A model generated the notes under the pieces. The model did not search any database. It was not told the DNA's origin and saw only the letters and a program-made list of their open reading frames with translations. The position numbers and the translations under genes are program-made. A stretch of 64,000 bases of DNA from Spironucleus salmonicida (Eukaryota): positions 248,001 to 312,000 of the forward strand of contig NC_090602.1 in NCBI RefSeq assembly GCF_000497125.1, in the 5' to 3' direction. This document shows, piece by piece, positions 50,511 through 62,484 of this stretch (the stretch's first letter is position 1; each line of letters starts with the position of its first letter).

Positions 50511-52634
50511 ATGTCATTCCTTAAAAATCCTATCATCTTGAAAACAAAAAAGGCTTAAGAACCTATTTAAAAGCCACTAGACTAACCACTTATATAATCT
50601 TCTAATTTCAGCATCATCTGTGCATTCCTATTCTAAATTGAGTCCACGACAAAACGCCTCGAAAAATTAGAAATCTTCACTAAGTTGCTAATATAACTTT
50701 CAATTACAGCACCATCCGATATAACTAAATTATTGTTGCTACTGTCCAACTAGGTCCGTGAGCCTTGGGCTGATGGAGTTTCCTTCCTTTCCTGCGGAGA
50801 GTAGATCGTCAGAAAAGCAATTTCTGATGTTTTTTCAGTTAAAACGGACGAGATAAAACAAAGCTTATAAACCACTGGTGACCTAGCTATATCTTGCGAA
50901 ATATTCAAGAAACGACAACCAAAACAGTTTATTCAGTCGAAAAAACTAATACTGGATGCAGTGTTTAGTAACTTCCTCTAAATTGCTGATTGTGCTGGTA
51001 ATAACTCATCATATGATAGGTAGACGATCATTAAAAAGTTGCTATTAGCTGGATCTGGAATCGAAAATCGTTATATTGTACGGTTTTTACTGGGAAAAAA
51101 TCGACTAGGGTTATAGCGAAAGACAATTTTATTTGCACTTTCAGATTTCTTATGTTACTTCAAGTTAAAATTTAAATATATACCGACTGAAAATCTCCAG
51201 AAGCACCTGGATAGTTCATGGGGGAAAATAGCAGAGAACATCGTTACGAGTAAAATCATAGACGACCTTACACGAGAAGATGACGATGATGAGGATTTGT
51301 GCGATGATACCAGTTTGAATTAAACTGGTTCTGTAGATGAAATTCTCGAAAAAGTTAAATAGCAAGAGCATGAATATTCTTACACTAATCTGCGTTAATT
51401 AGCTTATATCGAGGTGTCAAAAGCCTTTGCCAAAGTGCCTTCTTTAACATTTTTAGCTGAAAATTTAACACAGCTTAACACTGTTAAAATCACACCATTC
51501 ATCCCCATTCTCCCAATGCTAGCGAAACCGGTTTCATCTTTTGAAGAGATTTTAACTTCTAATTTAAACTTCTTCTGTGAGTTCAAATACGACGGATTCC
51601 GAGCCTAAATTCATTCCAAAAACGGTAAAATGCAAATTTTCAGCCGCTCCCAGGAGAACATGTCAGAGCGCTTCCCAGACGTCCTGATAAGCGTCTAGAA
51701 CGCAGCGAAACACCCAGATTTCGTAATCGATGGTGAGATAGTTCCAGTGGACGAAAATGGATAAATTCTTCCTTTCCAGTTCCTTTCTCGCCGTCTTAAA
51801 ATCTTCGATTCCAGTCAAAATGCGGCAAAAATCGTCTTTTTTGCCTTCGATTTAATGAGCTTGAATGGCGTGGAAATGCTCGGTGCGCCACTGAAAACGC
51901 GCAGATTTCTGCTAGAAAATTGTTTTAACTCCTAGAATCTGTTTTAACTGTCGAGTTCGACATTATGTTCAAATATAAAAGAGATATAGGACCTTTTGAG
52001 TGAAGCGATAACTGCGCGGACGGAAGGGCTAATAATTAAGTCATAAGCGAGCCGCTATGCTCCAGATAGACGAAGTAGGCACTGGACAAAGCTTAAAAAA
52101 GACTATTTAGAGAATGTGGGCGATTCTTTCGATCTGGTGCCGGTGGCTGGTTGGTACGGCAAGGGGAAACGTGCCGGTGTAATTGGGAGTTATTTGCTGG
52201 CCGCGCGTAATGGTGATGAGTTTTAAACGGTTACATGTATCGGAACTGGAATGTCTGACGACTTTCTGCAGGATTAAAGTTGGAATCGGATGGATAGCTA
52301 GCCTAACAATGTTCGTGTTAGCGAGCGCTATCAGGGAACGTAAGGACCTGATTTCTGGATAAATCCAGAAGAATCATAGGTTTGGGAGGTCAAAGTTGCG
52401 AATCTATCGCTTTCATTGATGCACACGTGTTATGTGACTAATGGGCGTGGGATTGCTGCCCGGTTGCCACGGCTGATTAGAAATCGAGATGATAAACGTG
52501 TTTCTGAATGCACAACTGCATAATTTGTGTTTGACAGATTTAATGCACAGCCAGATCGTGGCGGTGTGGACGAGGAGGATGATTTTGTCGTTAAAGATAG
52601 CTCCGAAAGTAGTTTAGATGATTTCGAGGAGTGA
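50511..52634 (+). CDS. LIG1: ATP-dependent DNA ligase I (707 aa)
   Basis: PMLAKP, EFKYDGFRAQIH, FSR, IDGEIV, FAFDL, EGLIIK, WTKLKKDY, GWYGKGKR and RLPRLIRNRDDK. Confidence 0.95.
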
Positions 52635-52676
52635 CATCATTGATATTATTATACTATTTATAATGAGTAGGTATTC

Positions 52677-54548
52677 ATGAAGTATCATCAGAAAATAGTT
52701 AGTTTACTTACTGTTAGTTAGATAGTTGTGCTAAGTGAGGGGCTGGATATTTAACCTATAATTAAGTAGTTAATTGGATCTGTCTTATAAGTTTCCAATA
52801 TTAAAAATGTGTTTTCGAAAAAGCTGCCGTATTAAAGATAAGAATAATATTTGACTGAGAAACATATCGTTACCAGTCCTGCAATAATTTAAACTGATTT
52901 TTTATAAAAAATACTAAACATTAATAGCTTTGATTTTTTACTAACTGAAAACCCAGACAATCAATGTATTATTCTCTTAAACAATTTATGCTAAAATTTC
53001 AAAGGAAAGATAATAGTTTTATATGACTCTCCATTTTATCTAGTAAAATATACGTCTGTCGCAGATATTGTGCCTCATATAAAATTATAGATTACTTAAA
53101 ATCGGTTATTTTTAGTACCAAGAGCTGAAAAAAATGTAGCCTTAGAACTTATTTGTGATAATTCTAAAGAGGTTACATTTAAAAATGAATTTATTGAAGA
53201 TAGCATCGAGTGTTTGTTTGAACTTATTAAAAATTATTGTTTATTAGGGAAAACTGAATATTTTTTACAAGTTTCTAAGATATCATTTACTTAGTTCAAG
53301 AAGTCACCTTATATTTTCACAACTGATAAGTTCATACATTGTATCTTATAACTTATATATTTCATTGAGTTTTCATCTGCAGTTGATATTGTTTTTCATT
53401 TAGAGCGTATTTTGAAATTTATTGATACTGTAGAATTTTTAATTAAAGGCTTTGATTTTTCTTAAGTCCGTGATAAATTTTAGTTAATTAAATAAAGATT
53501 AAATAGTATTGATTAATCTGCCTCTCTTTTTTAATTTGTTTAAGATATAGAAGAACAATATGAATATATTTCTATAATATTTCCAACTGATGAATATTTG
53601 GAATAATACTTAAACTTTACAGTATCAGCATCTTAAGATTTAGTATTAAATTAAAAAGTAAAGATTAATGCAAAATATTACTCTTCTAGGTCGAATTTCA
53701 GTTTAGAAACACCATAATCCTAAAAATTTAAAATATCTCAAAATGATACAATTTTATCTATTGCACCAACACTTTCAGTACTAAGACAATTAGAATAAAT
53801 TTCATCAAATTGTCAAAATATATTGATTCTTTCAACTCCATTTATTTCTAACATTACAGCAGCAAGTGCTAAATTCGAATCTTAAGTATTTTCATTATTG
53901 CGAACAAAGTAATTATATATTACTAAAATCAATCCAAGCAACTGTAAAAAGTATATTGTTGTTGATTCTAGAGAACTTAAATCTTCTCTTCCTTTACTTT
54001 TACATAATATTAATGTATAAATAATAATTAAATTAATTAATACGGCAGACTATGTTTTAGGATAGGAGTTTGGTTTAGAGCGTAAATCTGAATCAGATCT
54101 TATTTCTTCCTTAATATCTAAACGTGTTTTTTATCAGTTAGAGCGGTTAAATTCAGTATTTTAATAACCTGGTATGTTACTAGAGATGTAATATTAACCA
54201 CATGAAATATTTAATAGATAAGAATTACTCTAGTAATTTTTAGCTGCAATTTTACGTTGGCCAAAAATTCGTTTATTTTGGTGTACAAAATCACATTTTA
54301 TGTTGCAAAAACTTGCTCCTGATACAAATTTTAAGTATGAAGATGATGATGTAAAAGATTCTGCTTTTGACAAATTTCTGCATTAAGTTGATTTTTTAAA
54401 ATCAAAGAATCGTGATTTAATAAAATAAAAATTCCACTCAATAAGAGAGTTAATATTATGTGATTTAGATGTTCTAGTCGTTCGTTTGGGTCGTCCTTTA
54501 GCTACTAGACTAGATGCACTTTTTAATGCCGAAATAGAAATTGAGTGA
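52677..54548 (+). CDS. XPF: XPF/ERCC4 structure-specific endonuclease (623 aa)
   Basis: Degenerate helicase-like N-terminus (YHQKI..VVLSEGL) and nuclease motifs VVDSRELKSSLP, ADY, ERKSESDLISSL. Confidence 0.88.
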
Positions 54549-55185
54549 GTGCGGTATTAATTTATGAAGTAATCAGGTAAATGACTTCTATATAACTTAA
54601 AAGTAATTGATTATTTTTATTTTGTTTGCTAATACAATAAAAAATATTAATAATAATATTTAAAAATGAATTTTATATTGTTGACAGATAACTATTACTG
54701 ATATTTATAAACACATAAGTATAATAATAGGTATCATTACTAATTTATACAAATTTTTCATAAAATAACTAACTTAACGCCATCACCTGCATGTATAATT
54801 AAAGTTATCTCGTTTTGTAAAGTGTTATGTGTATTATATTAACTTTATTTTTAGTAAATAAAGTCATCATAAATAGTAGATTAAAACATAGTAATTTTTT
54901 AAACTTTAAAATATCTGATGATGTGCGAGTCTTTGTTGCTATTATTAGAATAAATTCTCAAGTTACTGGTTCTTGTAAGTCATATTTACTGCTTATATTT
55001 AGTCTGCATAACCTTAATAATGAATATGACACAAATTTTACGAACGTGCGAAATGATTAAAAATTAAATATTATAATCACAATTAAATACAGAACATGTT
55101 CCATGCATTTAAAATATATAATCTATAAAATCAAATTAAACACTGTAAATTCAGTAGTTATGTTTTTAAAATTAAAAAATTCATA

Positions 55186-55488
55186 ATGAAGTTATTACTT
55201 CTATAATTAATAATTTCAAAATACTTAAAAATACTTAAATATGCTCAAGACTTTTTGTACCAATTGAAAAAATATACTGCTAGAATAGGGACTCTAAAAT
55301 GTAAAAAAGACAGCTTGTAGAAGCGTAATTCGCTATATCACAAAAGTAAAAATTAAGAAAATTCGAGATACGAGAAATTGAAAAATCAATTAAATTGGAT
55401 TGTCTACGCTAGTATGAAATAAGAATGGAATAAATTTATAAATTACAATTAAATTGTCAAGTTTAGTAGGCGGTGGAAGTAATTTTGA
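55186..55488 (+). CDS. Possible basic hypothetical protein (~100 aa; alternative start 55096)
   Basis: Open frame to TGA 55486-55488; no motif recognised. Confidence 0.35.
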
Positions 55489-55536
55489 AGACATGATTTA
55501 TTATATAAAAATTAATACTTTTACTTTTCATTTCAA

Positions 55537-56088
55537 ATGATTATAAATTAAGAATCTAGTATTTTGACTGCTTATAAACACTTTTTAACATCTACATTGC
55601 CATTAAAAGTAGAAGATTAAAGTTTAACTTCTTATTAATTGTTAGCATTTGCAGCAGATATTTTTGCAGTTTTAGTAGACTAGGAAGTCTAAAATCCAGT
55701 ATAAGTTCTTATTGAAATGCTAGAGTAGAAGACTATAAAAGATATTCCTAAGTTATTCATAAAATAAGAAAATTTTCATAAAGTTTCTCCAAGCTTACCA
55801 TTTTATTAAACTCTAAAGATAGGTTCAATTCCTATTTACGGAGTGGATTATATCACAGGATAACTTAAACAACAAGATGCAGCAATGTTGTGTAACAAGT
55901 TAGAGTTTTTGGAAATGAAAGTTACTGAAATTTTTGATTTCTTTAGAAGTCAAGATGTTATTACTATTATGCCTTATTGCTTGAATAAAGAACCTGAATT
56001 TGCTTCAAAGTGTGGTTTTGATTATATTATTAAGAGTAGTGAAGATAGTAATAAAATGGAGCATGTAACTGGAATAGTTTGGATCTGA
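55537..56088 (+). CDS. Hypothetical protein (183 aa), possibly degenerate CBS-like N-terminus
   Basis: Open frame MIINQESSILTAYKHFL..LPLKVED...TGIVWI*. Confidence 0.65.
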
Positions 56089-56169
56089 TTTTTTACTACT
56101 TTATTATTTTATAACAATCAGATAAAGCAAATAAAATCATTGAAAATTAGAAGAAATATCAGTAAAAAC

Positions 56170-58270
56170 TATTCAGCAGTCTTATTGTTCGTTTTAAAAA
56201 TTAACATGACTTCTATTGAGCCAACTCCGACCAATACACAAGTTACAATTCCAGGTAGAGCTCCATTACTAAGATAATTACCTGATTGTATACTCTGAAC
56301 GTCCTCTGGCCAGCACTCCACACCTACCATGGGGAGCTGCTACCGTGTTGGTAAGATAAGATGCACAAAAATTCTTAGCGGTTGCGTATGAATCGTAGTT
56401 TTTAGCAATTCCGCAGTAGCACTCAGATAGCAATCCTTCTGGACAATATACCAGGGTTCCTTCTAACCAGAAGTTTCATTTCTTCAAGTCCTAGCACGCG
56501 TTATAGTATACGTCCCAAAAATTGTGGTAACGTAATTTTGCCAACTCTGGTAGCAGATATTTGCTGAGGAGCATATTTCACAGTCATAGGGGAAAGTCTA
56601 GCATATCAGCATCTTCTTATTGCAAAAGCCATCATGTGCCTTGAAATAGTCCATGTTAATTTTACAAGGGAACTAGCAGGTTTTCGGTACTTCCTCTAGA
56701 ACAAAACCGTACGCACATATTCTGCAGACGGGTTCATTAATACTGATGTCAGAGCCTACGGAACAGTATTTGTACTTATTAACTAAGAGAAAAGTATCCA
56801 GAACATATATACAGTGCACTGAACCGATGCATTGACTACAGTTTTCTCTCTGCTACTTGTTTTAGCAGTAGGATCCTTTGCGAATTGTCATATCGTCCGA
56901 GCACAGAAGGCAGTCCACGTCACTATTTCTGTGGGTTCGGCAGTAGTTTCCGGCCTTGCAAGTTCTCTATCACCTAGTGCACTTATCCTGACCTACTATT
57001 CTGGTTTATACAATTACTATACCGCACGCTAGTATAATATAGTTAGAATTCTTGTTCGGCGGAACGGGCCGTACTGAATTCATGTACCTGGCGAGGATAC
57101 ACTGATACCTTGCATCTTATCCCCTGATTACTAGCTCATGGGTTGCTCATTATTATGGTCACCTTCAATTGTAATAGGATAGTTAGAAGTCATATTATAA
57201 ATTACATGTCTGGTTTACCAGGAACCAATTCAGCACGTCCCATGGGTCGTGACACATGGTAGGATGGAAGTGCATAACCTTAGCAATAACGTCCTTTGAG
57301 CCCATCATGTGTTAGATTAGCCTACACGTTTTTGGAACCGGTACACTTGATTGGGATGTTGGGGGAAACAGTTTCAAGAGAACCAAAGAGTGATGGCAAA
57401 ATACTAGTGCCCAAACAATAATAAGAGCAGTAAGCTGCTAATAATTCCTAGATACCTTTAACAGACTGCATACATACGTTCAAAATCTCAACCTCCATAC
57501 GAGCCAATAATACCATGATTATATACCATTATTATGTCATTTGAAAAAATGAAGAGTCGCCAGCACCGAAGTACTGATGCTGTAGCAAAGAAAGTTATCC
57601 ATAACATAGGGAGCTATAGGTTACGGTGATAATGTTTTATGCCTAGATTTCCTAGTATTGTACGAATCCCAGAACCCCTAACCCTGCAATAGTATATCTA
57701 CCAATTGGTTATATCTAGGTTACCTTCAGCCAACTTACGGATCGAATTCCTGCCAGATATTTTAATAATGTATATTATATTCAATGCGATCGTCAAGCTC
57801 TCCATACCATGTTGTAGATTCATTCAGCTTCTGAAATGCTAGTCCCAGTGCATACTTTAATCTAGTGCCGCCAGGTTCGTCATCATGCAGATGTTTCCAA
57901 ACAAAGTATGAATCAATCACAATATGACCTTACTAGATAGGCGGATAGCTTGCTGAGTGACCCAACCTGGCGAATATTCGTGGGAACTCAGTTGGGAAAT
58001 TAGACTATTCCAGGAGAGTGTCGGTTCTAGGCGGAGTTTACAGCAGGTCAAAAACCCGCGTAACACGGGGTCACCTCTTGGTAGTGCATGCTGCGGCGGA
58101 CAGCGCCCGGAGTAATTTTGGAACGCTGCATATCGGTGTGTAGGCGGTATACAGGTTGAAATAGTTTCTGGAAAGTTGGAAACTGAGAAACTGTTTGTTC
58201 CCATGGAGCTTAAATAATGCCGTCTGCTTTGGGATAGTGGCCACAGTTAGTCGCTTGGCTGATATTCATT
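56170..58270 (-). pseudogene. Decayed cysteine-rich membrane protein (CRMP/VSP-like) pseudogene
   Basis: Fragments CKAGNYC..CLLC, NCSQC, CRICAYGF, CEICSSANIC and ECYCGIAKN, plus degenerate TM LSNGALPGIVTCVLVGVG, broken by in-frame TGA and frameshifts. The 5' boundary is approximate. Confidence 0.7.
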
Positions 58271-58371
58271 ATATGCTATGGGTATATACCAGTTTAATAA
58301 CGGCAAAAAAGAAGTATTCCAAAAACAATAGTATATATTGTAGCAAATAACCGCCAAACTGTAGATTCAAA

Positions 58372-59016
58372 ATGTTCGCCCAGAAGCAAATCAGCCTCCC
58401 CCAGCTGGCCAAGAGCAGCGTGTTCTCAGAGAGCCTGCTGTCCTCGCAGAACCGCCAGAAGTTCCTGAAAGAGGCCTTCCGGACGCGGTCCCAGCTGAAG
58501 TACATCGGCCAGTCGGACCACTTCAAGATAGTCCAGCAGCAGGAGCTGGCCAAAAGCGAGAGCGGCATAAAGATCACCAACCAGGACGGCGCTTCGGGGT
58601 CCACGAAGCACATCTCGATCTACCGGAACCCCACGGACATCGCCCTCTTCCGGGCGCTGAAGAATCGGGCGTCCACCGTCATCTACTGCTTCAACATCTG
58701 TCGCAACAAGGAGGCCCAGGCCCGGAACATCCTGCGGCCCACCGACGCCGTGTCGGCCCTGGTGCGGCTGGACAAGATGCGCGAGCTGGAGACGTTCCAG
58801 CAGGAGTACCAGAAGCGCAAGATCCTCAAGATCCGGTAGTTCCATGCCGGAGTCGAGCGCATGATCTACAAGCGGCGGCTGGAGGAGGCGTACGATCGCC
58901 GCATGCTCCGGATCGTGGGCCAGCAGCTCACGGCCGTCGAGAACCAGGTCAACGAGCTCTTCCAGCACCGGGAGGACCACGCGCGGCAGGGCGCGGTGGC
59001 GATACTGCGGCAGTGA
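58372..59016 (+). CDS. Hypothetical basic/coiled-coil protein (214 aa), GC-rich
   Basis: Track ORF extended through one TAG (Gln, 58837) to CAG TGA. Confidence 0.8.
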
Positions 59017-59057
59017 GTTTTAGTAACCCGTATATAACCCACTCTTTCTATTCTAAA

Positions 59058-60053
59058 ATGCTGGTCGCCCTGCAGTTCGCCTACCTCACCAGCGCCGCCT
59101 ACCAGGACGTGGATCGCGCCTATATCGTCTTCTACCACGCGGACGCATCCCAGCTGGAGGCCGCCCAGGCCCGTCAGACCGACCACCCCGAGACGATCTA
59201 CCAGGCCGACTGCGCCCTCGAGACAGCGCTGTGCGCCGAGCTGCAGCTCGCCGAGCTCTCCTTCCCGCTGGTCATGAGGAAGGAAACGGGCGCGAATGCC
59301 TTCTACAGGTTCGAGGACTTCGCGAGGCTGCTCACGGGGCAGACCGTGGTGCTGCGGCTCGGTGCGGCCCTGACCGGGGACCACTTCGCGTACTCCTCGC
59401 CAAACTGCACACGCGACGACGCCTTCTTCCGGCGCATGGAGGTGCCCGGGCACGTCCGGGTGTCCTGCGGCCCTGGCCCCCAGCGCCTCGTGGCACACTA
59501 CGGCGGCCAGCAGACCGTCTTCTCGGGCAACTTCACCGTGGGCGGTGTGAAGCACTTCCTCCTCAAGCACCAGCGCGGGCCCATGGACCACGTGCTGCCC
59601 AGAGACGCCGACGCCTTCGTGTTCTCCCCGCGTACCGCAGGCGTCGTGGTGGGGAGCCTCGGTCACGCGCGCACCTTCGCTGGTATGGACGAGTCCTTCC
59701 TGTACGGCTACCTGCTGCTGGCGGAGCCCGCCGCCACCAACCACGTGCGCTGCCCCTACCTGCCCTGCGCCTTCGCCTTTCTCACCGACGAGAGCGGCTT
59801 CGAGCAGGAGTGGGTGTACCCGCTCCTGGACCTCGAGCAGTTCCCGGCCTTCGTGGAGGGCGTGGCGTCCGGCCGGATCCCGATGCGCAACCAGGACGCC
59901 TTCGCCCTCTACCTGGACCAGCGTGAGCGCGCGCGCCGCAGCCGCCTCGCCGACTCCCTCCGCACCCCCGCGCTGTATGGACTTGCCGGGGGCCTCGGGG
60001 CGGTGTTTCTAGTGCTGACGGGCTTCGCGGCTACCGTGCGCCTTTTAGCGTGA
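59058..60053 (+). CDS. Type I membrane protein (331 aa), possibly non-catalytic PDI/thioredoxin-like domains
   Basis: Short hydrophobic N-terminus MLVALQFAYL, C-terminal TM ALYGLAGGLGAVFLVLTGFAA, strong GC3 bias. Confidence 0.7.
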   Translation: MLVALQFAYLTSAAYQDVDRAYIVFYHADASQLEAAQARQTDHPETIYQADCALETALCAELQLAELSFPLVMRKETGANAFYRFEDFARLLTGQTVVLRLGAALTGDHFAYSSPNCTRDDAFFRRMEVPGHVRVSCGPGPQRLVAHYGGQQTVFSGNFTVGGVKHFLLKHQRGPMDHVLPRDADAFVFSPRTAGVVVGSLGHARTFAGMDESFLYGYLLLAEPAATNHVRCPYLPCAFAFLTDESGFEQEWVYPLLDLEQFPAFVEGVASGRIPMRNQDAFALYLDQRERARRSRLADSLRTPALYGLAGGLGAVFLVLTGFAATVRLLA

Positions 60054-60071
60054 TCGGTCACTTCACTCCGA

Positions 60072-60725
60072 ATGAACTTCGCGCGGTCGAGGTCCGACCT
60101 CAAGCTCTCCCTGCTGCAGTCCGTCCCGCCGCCGCCCGCCGCATACCGCGTGCAGCCTCTGCCCCAGCCCAGGGCCGCTGTATCCCAGCAGGCCCGGGAC
60201 CGCTTCAGCGCCTCCATCGGCGTGCGCGATGCCCCCCGGCAGCTCCAGAACGCGCGGCCCAAGTACCTGGCGCAGAAGCTGATACCGCGCCAGGACCGGC
60301 CCTTCCTGGATGTCTCGGCGTCCTTCAAGGCGCTGCAGTCCCAGCGCTCCGCCTTCGTGTCGCAGACGGTGCGTGCCGAGCCGGTTCACTTCACGCCGGG
60401 GCCGGGCGACTATGAGGTCGGGAGGCGGCCCGGGTCGGGGACGTCTTTCTCGCGCTCGCGGCGCTTCGAGACCGCGGAGGACTTCGCCCAGCGCCAGACC
60501 CAGCTGGAGAAGCTGCGCGTGAAAGTGGACCGGCCGCTGGGCCCGCAGTCGTACGATGTGCACCGCCCCGACTCACGCCTGGCCCCGAAGCTGGCGACGG
60601 GGGACCGCTTCCGCGAGGACTTCGCGCAGAAGTACCGCATGGAGATGGGGCCCGGCTGGCACGACGTGGGCCGTCGGGAGGAGATGCGCGGCGGGACGTT
60701 CTCGGAGACGGGCAACGTGTGGTGA
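60072..60725 (+). CDS. SHIPPO/ODF3-like PGPGxY-repeat protein (217 aa), probably flagellar
   Basis: Repeats TPGPGDYEV, LGPQSYD and MGPGWHD, with following F..RF segments. Confidence 0.7.
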   Translation: MNFARSRSDLKLSLLQSVPPPPAAYRVQPLPQPRAAVSQQARDRFSASIGVRDAPRQLQNARPKYLAQKLIPRQDRPFLDVSASFKALQSQRSAFVSQTVRAEPVHFTPGPGDYEVGRRPGSGTSFSRSRRFETAEDFAQRQTQLEKLRVKVDRPLGPQSYDVHRPDSRLAPKLATGDRFREDFAQKYRMEMGPGWHDVGRREEMRGGTFSETGNVW

Positions 60726-60738
60726 CTCTTTCGCTCAC

Positions 60739-61677
60739 TCAGACGAACACGCGGTTCAGCCCGTGCGGGAAGGCCGGGACGTCCAGCCCGAAGCGCTCGC
60801 ACTCGCGCGTCTCGGTGTCGTACAGCAGGAACCAGGCGCGCTCCATCATGCAGAAGTCGATGCCGGAGTTGCCCGTGCTGAGCACCTGCGTGGGCCCGAG
60901 CGCGTCCTCGAAGCGCCCCGTGACCAGAACCGACTGGTGCACGTGGCCCGAGAAGCAGGCCTGCACGGAGGGCGTCGCGCGCAGGAAGGCCGCGATGTCG
61001 GCGGACCCGATGTGCTTGGGCTGCTTCTGCCGGTTCAGGACCGTGTCCGCGCACACGTTCTGCGGCGGTGCGTGCGAGAAGAGCAGCTGGGGCACGGTGG
61101 GGTCCGACAGCGCGTCCAGTCGGGCGCGGATGGTGTGCTCGAAGCGCGCGCGGTGGGACTGCGGCACCTGGGCGTAGGAGTCGTAGATCTCGAAGTCTGG
61201 GCCGTAGGTGAGCCCGTCGGAGGCGGTCTTGGTGGGGTCGGCGGAGCGGCCCGAGAACACGTAGGACACGTCGTGGAGGTGCGGCACGGTCTCTAGGGCC
61301 TCGCAGTCCTTGAGGCAGTGGTTGGTCTCGGGCACCGTGGAGAGGAACACGAGGTTGAGCCCGCCCAGCCGAACGCTCTGATCCTGCACGAAGGCGAAGC
61401 CGTGCTCGGTGCTCGCGGCCCAGCGGCGGCAGTTCGTCGCAAAATCCGTATTGCCTGGCATCACGAACGTGTGGGGCACGGCCATCGCGCTGAAGGCCCG
61501 GAACACCCCCTGCTCCACCTGCTGGTGCTGGGCCTCGGGCGTGGGGAAGTCGTGCCGCACCGGGGAGAGGTCGCCGGCGTACACAAACACGTCGGGCCGC
61601 GTGCGTTCTGCTGCCAGCAGGGCCGCCTCGGCGTGGTGCGGGTTGCCGTGAAAATCGGAGGTGACGAGGATCTTCAT
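60739..61677 (-). CDS. Calcineurin-like metallophosphoesterase (312 aa)
   Basis: Motifs MKILVTSDFHGN, AGDL, PGNTD, SHAPP and SGHVH. Confidence 0.92.
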   Translation of the reverse strand: MKILVTSDFHGNPHHAEAALLAAERTRPDVFVYAGDLSPVRHDFPTPEAQHQQVEQGVFRAFSAMAVPHTFVMPGNTDFATNCRRWAASTEHGFAFVQDQSVRLGGLNLVFLSTVPETNHCLKDCEALETVPHLHDVSYVFSGRSADPTKTASDGLTYGPDFEIYDSYAQVPQSHRARFEHTIRARLDALSDPTVPQLLFSHAPPQNVCADTVLNRQKQPKHIGSADIAAFLRATPSVQACFSGHVHQSVLVTGRFEDALGPTQVLSTGNSGIDFCMMERAWFLLYDTETRECERFGLDVPAFPHGLNRVFV

Positions 61678-61698
61678 TTAGAGGAGTGACAAAACGGC

Positions 61699-62109
61699 TC
61701 AGAGAGGGCGCCCCACGGGGACGAACAGGGTGCTCCGGTGCCCTTCTTCTACCGCACCCACGCACACCGTGCACGCTGCGGTCACGAACAGGGCCAGGTC
61801 GAACTGGCCCGTGGGCCCGAGGGAGAGCGTCGCGCCAAAGAACTTCAGATCCAGCGCGCACGCCGCTCCCGCGCTGCCGTAGGGATCCGCCACATCCCCA
61901 GTGCGCTGCACCCAGTACTCCGGGTAGCGGACGCTCTGCAGCTTGAGCGTGTTCGCGCCCAGACGGTGCACCAGGAAGCGCGCGTCCGGGGAGGAGGCTG
62001 CGGCATCAGCCAGGAGCCTGTATGTATTTGGGGCGATCTTCTTCACGCGCAGGTGCCGGCCGTTCAGCACCGCGCGGAGCAGCACCTCTTTCCGATGTGC
62101 CAGCTCCAT
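61699..62109 (-). CDS. Small beta-trefoil-like (fascin/actin-crosslinking-like) protein (136 aa)
   Basis: VLLRAVLNGRHLRV, ARFLVHRLGANTLKLQS and STLFVP resemble trefoil repeat patterns (inference). Confidence 0.55.
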   Translation of the reverse strand: MELAHRKEVLLRAVLNGRHLRVKKIAPNTYRLLADAAASSPDARFLVHRLGANTLKLQSVRYPEYWVQRTGDVADPYGSAGAACALDLKFFGATLSLGPTGQFDLALFVTAACTVCVGAVEEGHRSTLFVPVGRPL

Positions 62110-62484
62110 TGCGGCCCGGTGCCACCTGTATTATTATATAGTTATTATCTAAAAACAGACTTATGAACCATGTATTAATACATAAATCTAATAATAATTA
62201 TATAGATTAATCATATTATACTACAAATTACTGCATTATTTATCAATATTATGTCGAATACTAATTACAGTATAATTAAGATTTTCATTTTGCTTATTAT
62301 TTTACACCTAAAACTAATATGGTCAAGGATAGTTTAACGCAATTACCACTTAATAATATGTTGATAATTAGTACATCACAAATTATAATTAAGCTAACTG
62401 CTTTTCACTTCTATACTATAATAATTCCACATTTTACTAATTAGTATTATTTTATATTATATATCAATATTTATATTTCTCAAA

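Larger units (their letters stand above)
58372..62120. other. GC-rich island of five genes
   Basis: Abrupt rise in G+C and GC3 relative to the AT-rich flanks; Gln is encoded almost only by CAG. Confidence 0.9.

Noticed and set aside
1-58000. Window as a field of pseudogenes because of frequent TAA/TAG
   Set aside because: Frames are continuous and motifs intact when TAR is read as Gln.
58372-62120. GC island as bacterial contamination or prophage
   Set aside because: It contains a TAG-Gln codon, host promoter and stop motifs, and a eukaryotic SHIPPO-repeat gene; no mobile-element genes are present.
58426-62166. Many long overlapping ORFs in the GC island (e.g. 60410-61861, 58866-59744)
   Set aside because: Expected from stop-codon scarcity at high GC. 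They are Arg/Pro/Gly-rich shadows of five coherent genes.
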